Source of the DNA: Promethearchaeota archaeon
GTDB lineage: Archaea > Asgardarchaeota > Lokiarchaeia > Sigyniarchaeales > SOKP01
Assembly: GCA_029838195.1 (NCBI GenBank)
Contig: JALGVJ010000007.1
Location: 79,260-143,259 of the forward strand
Reading direction: 5' to 3'
Length of the DNA stretch: 64,000 bases
A model generated the notes under the pieces. That model searched no databases. It was not told the DNA's origin and was given only the letters and a program-made list of their open reading frames with translations. Positions within the stretch are counted from its first letter, which is position 1. Each line of letters opens with the position of its first letter. Shown here one piece after another: positions 51,724-60,208 of the stretch. The translations under genes were made by a program, and so were the position numbers.

Positions 51724-52664
51724 GATAATTCTAACATTTTACTAATTGGTAAAATTGCTCTCTCGGCAATCTCATGAGGTACTTTTACTTCAAAATTATT
51801 ATCATCAAGATGTTCTAACACGTATTTTATTAATTCAATGGTATGCTTTTTCATGTTGTAACAAATCATTTTTTTCTGGGCTAAGTAAAATTTTTTCTCG
51901 GGAAAATCTAAAGCTAATCTTTCTAAAAGTCCCTTTTCTGTTCCCACAATAAATTCATTAACATTATTTGGATTTTTTTTAACATGAGCGTACATTTGGG
52001 AAGTAGAACCTATAAAATCCGCAACCTCTCTTACTTCCCTGATGCATTCGGGATGTACAATGAGTTCGGCGTTAGGATGCTCGCTTTTAATTTGCTCAAC
52101 ATCTTTTTTAGTTAAAACCGAATGAACAATACAATGGCCATTTTCCGGCATCTTAATTAATTTTACGCCTAATTGTTGTTCTACATGATCGGCTAAATTT
52201 GCATCGGGTCCAAAGAGAACCGTATCAGTATTATATTCCTTCATTACTTTTTCGACTATTCTTGTTGAATTTGAAGATGTACAGCATACATCCGATTCGG
52301 CTTTTACCGCAGCAGTACTATTCACGTACGTGACGACGGGAATGCCGGGATGTTTTTGCTTATATTCTCTTACCATTTCTGCTGTCAAGAATGCTGCCAT
52401 TGGACAGCACGATTCGGGATTCGGAATTAACACTTTCTTCTCTTGATTTAAGATTGATGCCGTCTCTGCCATGAAATCTACTCCAGCAAATAAAATATGT
52501 GGAGTATTTGAGCGTTCCTTTGCTGTACGAGCTAATCCCAGAGAATCGCCAATGTAATCGGCTATTTCTTGAATTTCAATTCTTTGATAATAATGCGCCA
52601 AAATCGTGATATTTTTTTCATTTTTTAAAGATAAAATCTCTTCTTGAATCTGACTAAATGTCAT
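51720..52664 (-). CDS. nadA: quinolinate synthase
   Basis: ILAHYYQ, GDSL, FMAETA, CPMA, YVNS, CCTSSN, GHCIVH, HPEC and C.NMK. Confidence 0.95.
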   Translation of the reverse strand: MTFSQIQEEILSLKNEKNITILAHYYQRIEIQEIADYIGDSLGLARTAKERSNTPHILFAGVDFMAETASILNQEKKVLIPNPESCCPMAAFLTAEMVREYKQKHPGIPVVTYVNSTAAVKAESDVCCTSSNSTRIVEKVMKEYNTDTVLFGPDANLADHVEQQLGVKLIKMPENGHCIVHSVLTKKDVEQIKSEHPNAELIVHPECIREVREVADFIGSTSQMYAHVKKNPNNVNEFIVGTEKGLLERLALDFPEKKFYLAQKKMICYNMKKHTIELIKYVLEHLDDNNFEVKVPHEIAERAILPISKMLELS

Positions 52665-52924
52665 GGGAATCCATTTTTTTATTTGATAGAAAATAAAAAC
52701 CTCTTTAATTTTGAAATATTTTATCCTTGTTAATTTTTCCTCTTAAATTAATGTATTGATGAGCAAGAATTTAATTATAAATCAAAATCACTTTTGTTTT
52801 TAAAAAAGAGAAAACGTCTAAAGAAAAAAATATAAAGGTTCCGATGTTTTTATGAAACTCATGTAATGCTTCACTCATGAAAAGAAAGGGAAGAATTTAT
52901 TGAGGAGGGATTTTTTGAGTTTAT

Positions 52925-53488
52925 ATGGCTCTGGATAACATTGATAAACAAATAATAAGAGAATTGTTTAAAAACGGAAGAGAAAGCTTGACCACCATTA
53001 ATACAAGAATTTACAAGGACGAGAGTGAAACCATGAGTCACACGGGAGTAAAGAATCGGATAACCAAGTTAGAATCCGAAGAAATCTTAAAAGTTCAAGG
53101 AAATATAAATGTAGAGAAATTGAAGTATAAAGCTTGTTTCATTCTTTTAGAAATGAAAAATTATGAGGAAATTAAAAAAATCTTGAAAGAGTATTCCGAT
53201 TGTCCACGAGTTTTCTTATTGGCTCACGTTACAGGACAATATAATGTAATAATGGGGGTTATTGGTCAAAACATTGATGTATTACATCGTTATATTAATT
53301 ATTGTGGTCCTACTAATAAGGAAGGAATTTTACACTCCCAAATCATGTTTGTTTCCACTATAGAAACTCCTAAGTTTTTACCCATTAATTTATTTTGCGA
53401 TAAAAGTCAAGAAAATAAATGCGGAAATGTTTGCAAGGATTGTGAAGCGTTTCTTTCGGGAAATTGTGATGGCTGTGGAAATTTTTAG
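52925..53488 (+). CDS. Lrp/AsnC regulator with Cys-rich C-terminal tail
   Basis: LDNIDKQII N-terminal HTH, RAM domain (VTGQYN), and tail CGNVCKDC...CDGC. Confidence 0.82.
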   Translation: MALDNIDKQIIRELFKNGRESLTTINTRIYKDESETMSHTGVKNRITKLESEEILKVQGNINVEKLKYKACFILLEMKNYEEIKKILKEYSDCPRVFLLAHVTGQYNVIMGVIGQNIDVLHRYINYCGPTNKEGILHSQIMFVSTIETPKFLPINLFCDKSQENKCGNVCKDCEAFLSGNCDGCGNF

Positions 53489-53756
53489 CTCATTTGTTCA
53501 AGTATTTTAAGATATATAAAATATCTCAATTTCGATGTTAATTAGAACACCATCGCTCAAATTTACATCTCATAGCTATCTTTAAAAAGAGAGTATCAGT
53601 TTGGAATGCATCTTTTTTTCTCAAGATCTCCCTTCGCGCGTAGTTTAAAATCTAAACTATTTCTTAAAAATCATTTAAAATTTAAACTTGAAGCCATATC
53701 ATTGTTTAAATAAAAGATAACCCAAAGTTTTTTAATATCCTCTTCTAATAATAATA

Positions 53757-54062
53757 TTGGGAGTTAGTTTTAAACAAGAACGGTTTCCATGGAGGAGAAT
53801 TAAAATTATTGTCAATGATTTTTATTCCATTCCGAATAAAGAATCAAAAAAGGAATTATTTTCTTTAACGCCCTCAAGTAAATTCATATTGTATCTCTTG
53901 AAACAATCAGGTCCGCTTTCCAGGCGAAAAATCGAGAGAAAAACGCTACTTCCTAAACGGACAATAGCATATTCTTTAAAAATTTTACAAGAAAAAGATT
54001 TTATCATTAAATATAAGGATGAAAAAGATAAGCGGAAAAGTATTTTCGAAGCTAAAATATGA
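53757..54062 (+). CDS. small MarR-like winged-helix protein
   Basis: LTPSSKFILYLLKQSGPL...TLLPKRTIAYSLKIL...DKRKSIF; start uncertain. Confidence 0.75.
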   Translation: MGVSFKQERFPWRRIKIIVNDFYSIPNKESKKELFSLTPSSKFILYLLKQSGPLSRRKIERKTLLPKRTIAYSLKILQEKDFIIKYKDEKDKRKSIFEAKI

Positions 54063-54205
54063 TCTCACGCGCCAAAATTAATGATAATTAATCTCACGCT
54101 TGACTAATTAATCTTGGAAATTATAAATTATAATAAAAAAATAAATAATTAGCATGAAAATTTGTATATATTATAAAAACGTAAAAAAATGGAAAAGAAG
54201 AGGGC

Positions 54206-55447
54206 ATGAATGAAAAAAAATATGTGTATTTAGATTATGCGGCGACTACCCCCATGGATCCACGAGTCGTAGAAGAAATAAATAAACATTTCACGAATAC
54301 GTATGGAAATCCCTCATCCTTACATTATATTGGACAAAAGGCTTCTAAAGTTTTAGAAGATTCGAGAGCAATGGTTGCTTCCTTAATAAATGCACGCCCA
54401 GAAGAGATCATTTTCACGTCATCTGGTACAGAATCCGATAATTTAGCAATTAAGGGAGTTGCTTATAAAAATAAAAAAAAAGGGAACCATATTATTACAT
54501 CGGCAATTGAGCACCATGCTGTGCTCGAGCCGTGCAAGCGGCTTGAAAAAGAAGGATATGAAATTACATATCTTCCTGTAGATAGAACAGGATTAATAAA
54601 TTTAAACGAGCTAGAAAATGCGATTACGGATAAAACCATTTTAATTAGCATCATGTTCGCCAATAATGAAATTGGGACAATCGAACCTATCAAAGAGATT
54701 GGAGAAATTGCCAAATCTCATGATGTTTTTTTCCACACGGATGCCGTACAAGCTTTTGCAAAGATCCCCCTTGATGTCCAAGAAATGAATATTGATCTTT
54801 TATCCGCTAGTTCTCACAAAATTTATGGGCCAAAAGGAGTAGGTATGCTCTATATTCGAGATGGGGGAAAAGGAAAAAAAGGCGGGAAATATATTGAGCC
54901 ACTCATGGAAGGGGGAGGGCATGAAAATAAAATGCGCCCGAGTACAGAAAACGTTCCTGGAATCGCCGGTTTTGCTAAAGCTGTAGAAATTGCGAAAAAT
55001 GAATTGCACATAGAAGCTGAAAGATTAACTAAATTAAGGGATAAAATCATTAACACGATAACTACAAATATAGAACATTGTTATCTCAATGGACATCGTA
55101 CTAAACGGCTTCCGAATAACGTCAATTTAGGATTTAATTTCATTGAAGGAGAATCCATACTCCTTAGCTTGGACGCCGAATATATTGGAGTATCTACCGG
55201 TTCTGCATGTTCCTCAAAATCTCTTGAACCCTCTCATGTACTCTTAGCAATAGGCTTGGATCCGCAAGAAGCTCATGGGTCTTTAAGAGTAACGTTAGGG
55301 CGTTTTACGACTGAAGAAGAAGTTGAATATTTCTTAGAAAAATTGCCACCAATCATTGAAAGATTAAGAGAGGTATCACCGCTTGGGGTAAAGAAAAAAT
55401 TGAACGCACGTAATCAAAATGAAACCCATCTTTCTAAATATGGTTAA
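54206..55447 (+). CDS. iscS: cysteine desulfurase (IscS/NifS group I)
   Basis: YLDYAATTP, FTSSGTESDN, SSHKIYGPKG and STGSACSS. Confidence 0.96.
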   Translation: MNEKKYVYLDYAATTPMDPRVVEEINKHFTNTYGNPSSLHYIGQKASKVLEDSRAMVASLINARPEEIIFTSSGTESDNLAIKGVAYKNKKKGNHIITSAIEHHAVLEPCKRLEKEGYEITYLPVDRTGLINLNELENAITDKTILISIMFANNEIGTIEPIKEIGEIAKSHDVFFHTDAVQAFAKIPLDVQEMNIDLLSASSHKIYGPKGVGMLYIRDGGKGKKGGKYIEPLMEGGGHENKMRPSTENVPGIAGFAKAVEIAKNELHIEAERLTKLRDKIINTITTNIEHCYLNGHRTKRLPNNVNLGFNFIEGESILLSLDAEYIGVSTGSACSSKSLEPSHVLLAIGLDPQEAHGSLRVTLGRFTTEEEVEYFLEKLPPIIERLREVSPLGVKKKLNARNQNETHLSKYG

Positions 55448-55512
55448 TATGAGCTTAAAACATGTAATAGAATGGAATAAATTGAATAATAATAACAATG
55501 AGATGATGAGAT

Positions 55513-55899
55513 ATTTATTCTAAAAAAGTAATGGAACATTTTCAAAATCCACGTAACATGGGCAAAATGGAGGATCCGGATGGTGTGGGCGAAGTGGGAA
55601 ACCCCGTATGCGGTGACATGATGGTTATTTATATAAAAGTGAAAGAAAAAGATGGCGTGGAAGTCATTGATGACATTTCTTTCCAAACCTTTGGTTGTGC
55701 CGCAGCCATCGCCACATCAAGCATGATTACTGAACTTGCGAAAGGAAAAACGCTTGAGGATACCCTGAAAATCACGCGCCAAGATGTAGCGAATGCTTTA
55801 GAAGGCTTGCCACCTATTAAAATGCACTGTTCTAATTTAGCCGCGGATGGCCTACATGAAGCAATTAAAAATTATCGAAAGAAAAAACAGAACAAATAA
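55513..55899 (+). CDS. iscU: Fe-S scaffold IscU/NifU (start probably ATT 55513; ORF track uses ATG 55531)
   Basis: YSKKVMEHFQNPRN, GNPVCGD, FGCAAAIA and LPPIKMHCSNL. Confidence 0.93.
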   Translation: MYSKKVMEHFQNPRNMGKMEDPDGVGEVGNPVCGDMMVIYIKVKEKDGVEVIDDISFQTFGCAAAIATSSMITELAKGKTLEDTLKITRQDVANALEGLPPIKMHCSNLAADGLHEAIKNYRKKKQNK

Positions 55900-55927
55900 G
55901 AAATCCGTGGAATGTTCTCCCACTTTT

Positions 55928-56797
55928 TCATTTTTTTTCTATGAGAGATCGTAATATTTCTAAATTTCTTTTATCTTCTTCTATTGTTTTTCCCTTTGGT
56001 GTTTCAAGAATGCCTGGATGATTTTTAAACCTCTCGTCATTCACAAAAAATCCAAAAGGTTTTTTACCAATTTTTCCTTGCCCGATGTGAATATGTCGAT
56101 CGACTCTTGACCCCAATTCCTTTTCAGAGTCATTTAAATGAAATGCAAATAAATATTTTAACCCAATCACGGAATCAAATTCGTCCCAAAGTTGTTCGTA
56201 TTTTTCGGGGGTCGTGAAGTCATACCCTGCGGCAAATGCATGACAAGTATCAAAACAAACACCGATTTTGTCCTTATCTTCAATCAAGTCCATGATATAC
56301 TTTAATTCTTCAAAAGTTTTACCCAAATTATTTCCTTGTCCAGCAGTTGTTTCTAATAAAATTTTAAAGGTAGGCTTTTCTATTTCTTTTAAGAGCGAAT
56401 TAAGTTGAGTAGCAATTCGGGCTAGCGCAGTATGTTCCGTTTCTTTTTCATCATGCTTATTAAGTGTACCAGGATGCATGACTACATGATCTATTTTCAA
56501 TTGATTTGCCTTCACTAACTCATCAAACATTGCATTGTGAGATTTTTCTAATTTTTCTTCATCTGAAGTAGCTAAGTTAATCAAATAACTATTATGGGAG
56601 AGCACTGGCCAGATCTCACTTCTTAACTGCTCTCTTGTTTCTAAATATTTATCAATCTCTTTTTTCTCCAATGGTTTCGATTGCCAGCCGCGAACATTCC
56701 GCACGAATACTTGAATCGATTCGCATGTCAATTCTTTTCCTCGCTCCAGGGCTTTATATTTTCCTCCCGAAACACTCATGTGAGCGCCTAATCGAAT
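55928..56797 (-). CDS. nfo: endonuclease IV (start probably ATT 56797; ORF track uses ATG 56779)
   Basis: RLGAHMSVSGG, HNSYLINLA, LETTAGQG, DTCHAFAAGYD, HLNDS, DRH and ILETP. Confidence 0.94.
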   Translation of the reverse strand: MRLGAHMSVSGGKYKALERGKELTCESIQVFVRNVRGWQSKPLEKKEIDKYLETREQLRSEIWPVLSHNSYLINLATSDEEKLEKSHNAMFDELVKANQLKIDHVVMHPGTLNKHDEKETEHTALARIATQLNSLLKEIEKPTFKILLETTAGQGNNLGKTFEELKYIMDLIEDKDKIGVCFDTCHAFAAGYDFTTPEKYEQLWDEFDSVIGLKYLFAFHLNDSEKELGSRVDRHIHIGQGKIGKKPFGFFVNDERFKNHPGILETPKGKTIEEDKRNLEILRSLIEKK

Positions 56798-56812
56798 GAA
56801 TTCTCACCCCTC

Positions 56813-57988
56813 TTAATCACACTTAAGCTCAAATTCTATTTTATCAATAAGTTCTATAAGATCTAAAACTTGAAATTTCGTATTAAATTTATTATTCGCA
56901 TCATTTAAATTTGTTTTACAGAACGGGCATGTAGACGAGATGACGGTCGCTCCCGTTTCGCTGGCTTCTTGTAATCGTTCTTTGGAAATCTCTAATGCCC
57001 ATTCGGGATAGCCAATCTTCACGCCTCCTCCAGCGCCACAACACCACGCATTTTCTTTATTCCTTTTCATTTCCACCAATTCTAAGCCCGGAATTTCCTT
57101 ATAAACTTCACGAGGCACTTCATATAATTTCATATGTCTACTTAAATGACACGGATCATGATATGTTACTTTTTTATCGTATTTTCCTTTAAATCTGATT
57201 TTTTCTTCAGATATTAATCGATAGATTAATTCGGCAGTATGATATACAGTCATCCCGTGATCAAAACCAAATTTTATCCAGTCTTTTTTAATGGTTTTAT
57301 AACAGCCCGCACAACTTGTAATTATTTTTGTAGCTCCAGTTTTTTTAATTTGAGCAATATTGTAATCGATAAATTCTTTTACGGAATTTATTTGACCCGT
57401 TCTGAATAAAGGACTACAACAACATCGCTCATCAATTAAAGTGAAATTGATATTGGCTCTTTTTAAAAATCTAAGCGTGGCATCTCGAATATTTTGCTGA
57501 CGATAATTGGAAGTACAACCAATAAAATACACCCATTCCGCCTCATCAGGTAACTCATGCTCTTTTCTTAATTCCGCATTCGTCGCATGCAGTTCACCAT
57601 AAGGATTATAAAATTTAGAATTTAGCGTGCGATCAAGCAGTGCTTTCTGCGGGTCCGGACAGAAGCCCTTTGCAGCTGCTTCTGCTCTGGCTGCTTCAAT
57701 GAAATCCACTAGAAAATCATTGAATTTATCAAATCGACAATTTTCTACGCAATTTCCGCACGTAGTACAAGCATATAATACATTTGCCATATTTTCACTC
57801 CATGAAATGTCCCCTATTAGCGCAGCGTAAGCTAACCACAATCTGCCGCCTGTTGAGTAAGTTTCAAACCTATATTTCTTATATGAAGGACAATTAATAT
57901 CCGAATAAGTCGTGGTAAATTTACAATAACCACACCTGAAACATCGATGAATCATAGACTTCCAATCTTGTGCTTCTTGCCCTGCCAT
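56813..57988 (-). CDS. Fe-S/CCG-domain oxidoreductase subunit (GlcF/HdrD-like)
   Basis: CFRCGYC, CTTCGNC, CCCSP, YHDPCHL, CCGAGGG and CPFC. The ATG at 57988 overlaps the upstream stop (TAATG). Confidence 0.88.
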   Translation of the reverse strand: MAGQEAQDWKSMIHRCFRCGYCKFTTTYSDINCPSYKKYRFETYSTGGRLWLAYAALIGDISWSENMANVLYACTTCGNCVENCRFDKFNDFLVDFIEAARAEAAAKGFCPDPQKALLDRTLNSKFYNPYGELHATNAELRKEHELPDEAEWVYFIGCTSNYRQQNIRDATLRFLKRANINFTLIDERCCCSPLFRTGQINSVKEFIDYNIAQIKKTGATKIITSCAGCYKTIKKDWIKFGFDHGMTVYHTAELIYRLISEEKIRFKGKYDKKVTYHDPCHLSRHMKLYEVPREVYKEIPGLELVEMKRNKENAWCCGAGGGVKIGYPEWALEISKERLQEASETGATVISSTCPFCKTNLNDANNKFNTKFQVLDLIELIDKIEFELKCD

Positions 57989-59361
57989 TAATTTTCCACC
58001 TCCCAATTGCCAGGATTCATGATACCATTTGGATCCAAGAGTTTTCGAATGGAACTAAATAATTTCAAGTAATTCGGATCCATTTTATTCATTATCATTT
58101 TTTGGGCTTCTAATTCGGGCTTCCACGGAACACCACCTAATTTCAAAACTTCTACATTGGTTTCATGGAGCGCCTGTCTAGCATTCGCAATATCGTCGGG
58201 ATCAGCACGATTAAACGAATAAGAAATGAAAAACATAATATTATGAGCTTTCCCTATAATACGCGCCCCCATTGTGGGGATAATCCCATGATTATTAGAG
58301 ATTTCATATCCCTTGGAAATTATTTGTGGAATTTTTTCTAAAGGAAGCATGGCTCCCACGTATTCAAAACCGCCTCCTTTTCTAAAATCTGCGGCTTTTG
58401 CAGCAAATTGAGGTTTTTCTAAGAATATATCATAATATCTATCCGGTACTTTCATGTATCGTGCTCCCCTTTTCCTATAGACCTTTTTTAAAATTTTAAT
58501 TTTTTCGTCAATCTCCGCTTGATCGTTTCCGGTTATGTACGTAATGAGGGTTATATAACCTTTCATCCATTCGGGTTTATCTTGTATTCCCAAAAGCACA
58601 TCTTCTATGATATCTAATTCCGTGACGCCGTGTAATAATTCCGGAACGGCATTAGGATCCTTGGCTAATCCAAACACGCACGTTCTTAACTTGGGTTTTG
58701 GATATAACTTATACGAGAGCTTAGTTATTATTCCTAACGTTCCAAAAGAGCTAATAAAAAGACCTATCATGTCTGGAATTGGGCCCCTCGCAAACCAAAA
58801 CTCCGAAACAGCACAAGATCCCAATTTACATAGTTCCCCATTTGGCAAGACCACCTCTAATCCATTAATCATTTGGCCATGGTCACCGTATTTTTGAGAT
58901 AAGTACCCCGAACCATGGATTAACGCATTTCCGGCTATTGTAACCGAAGGCGGGGCATCTGGCATGGAATTCTCTAAATCCGGATGATGCTGTTCCAAGT
59001 AGGCTTTTAATTGGCCGGTCGTGACTCCTGGCTCTATTAAAGCATATCTACTTTTCTCATTAATTTCAAGGATTCTATCCATTCTTTTCAAATCCATTAC
59101 GATTCCTCCTTTCACGGGAAGAGTTAATCCACTTAAAGTCAAGCCACCGCCCATTGGAACGATAGGGATCTTCTTTTTATTAGCAAGTTTGACTATATTT
59201 TGTACTTCTTCCACGGTTTTGGGCATGACTACGAAATCAACTTTACGAGGCAATGAAGCTCCCGGATCAATTCCGTAAATGTAGAGATCTTCGGGCTTAT
59301 TAGAGGCAAATTCAGGGCCAGTTATATCTTGTAATTTTTTAATGATTGAGTCATCAAACAT
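57988..59361 (-). CDS. FAD-linked oxidoreductase (GlcD/D-lactate dehydrogenase-like)
   Basis: VVMPKTVEEV, PMGGGLTLSG, EPGV, GTLGIITK and LDPNGIMNPG. Confidence 0.9.
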   Translation of the reverse strand: MFDDSIIKKLQDITGPEFASNKPEDLYIYGIDPGASLPRKVDFVVMPKTVEEVQNIVKLANKKKIPIVPMGGGLTLSGLTLPVKGGIVMDLKRMDRILEINEKSRYALIEPGVTTGQLKAYLEQHHPDLENSMPDAPPSVTIAGNALIHGSGYLSQKYGDHGQMINGLEVVLPNGELCKLGSCAVSEFWFARGPIPDMIGLFISSFGTLGIITKLSYKLYPKPKLRTCVFGLAKDPNAVPELLHGVTELDIIEDVLLGIQDKPEWMKGYITLITYITGNDQAEIDEKIKILKKVYRKRGARYMKVPDRYYDIFLEKPQFAAKAADFRKGGGFEYVGAMLPLEKIPQIISKGYEISNNHGIIPTMGARIIGKAHNIMFFISYSFNRADPDDIANARQALHETNVEVLKLGGVPWKPELEAQKMIMNKMDPNYLKLFSSIRKLLDPNGIMNPGNWEVEN

Positions 59362-59616
59362 GTGGATACACGAATTTTTAATAATTATTTTAATTTCATT
59401 ATAAATTAGGTGTCCAATTACATGTTATTGTAATAATGGATGATAATCAAATAATAATTAATATTTAGTTTTTTATCTTTAAATATTTCATTTTTTAAGA
59501 TAAAAATTTTTCACTAATTTGGATATCAATTATGGCATTTTTCTTCCATTGTTAAGGAGAAGTACTTTTAAAATGACCTGATTCATAAAAACCTAAATAT
59601 TTAAATTAAATATTTC

Positions 59617-60207
59617 ATGAAGAATCTTCAAAAATATTATCCAATTATCATGTCCATTCAAGCAAAAAAGGAAGGATTATTACGATATTCAGGAATGGGG
59701 CTCATGTTTTTGGGATTAATCCTTTCAATCATCGTGGATATCATCATTTTAGTAACCAGTTTACACGTTGCACTATTTATCATTTTAACAATAACATGGC
59801 TTACATTGATCGCCCTTTTAAAATTAGAAATTGATTTCGTCGTTGATAACTTTTTGAAAATTATACTCGTGGTTGGCATTGTTTCGGTGTTTCTAATAAT
59901 TATCGGATCCCTTTCTACAATAGTTGTTTCTTTTAGAATGTCATTTATTTTTATCGCAATTTCCAGCATCACGCTCTCAATGGCATGGAATTATTCCCTT
60001 TCGATATACAAGCGAGAAAAGCTATTTAGTATAATAGGGATCATTTTTTATTTGGTAATTACAATCCTCTATAGATATGCCTTGGTTACCACCAATACGC
60101 TACTTGTCGTAGAAATATTAGCAAACATCCTAGTAGTTATAGGATTAATTGGCATTATATTAGGAGAAGGATTAATGAAGAAAAAAAAACTATTGAATTA
60201 TATATGA
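59617..60207 (+). CDS. hypothetical membrane protein (about 6 TM)
   Basis: Hydrophobic throughout; family not recognised. Confidence 0.65.
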   Translation: MKNLQKYYPIIMSIQAKKEGLLRYSGMGLMFLGLILSIIVDIIILVTSLHVALFIILTITWLTLIALLKLEIDFVVDNFLKIILVVGIVSVFLIIIGSLSTIVVSFRMSFIFIAISSITLSMAWNYSLSIYKREKLFSIIGIIFYLVITILYRYALVTTNTLLVVEILANILVVIGLIGIILGEGLMKKKKLLNYI

Positions 60208-60208
60208 T

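Noticed and set aside
55498-55512. TGA TGA read as selenocysteine at the IscU N-terminus
   Set aside because: These positions are not Cys sites in IscU, and I recognised no SECIS element. An ATT start explains the sequence more simply.
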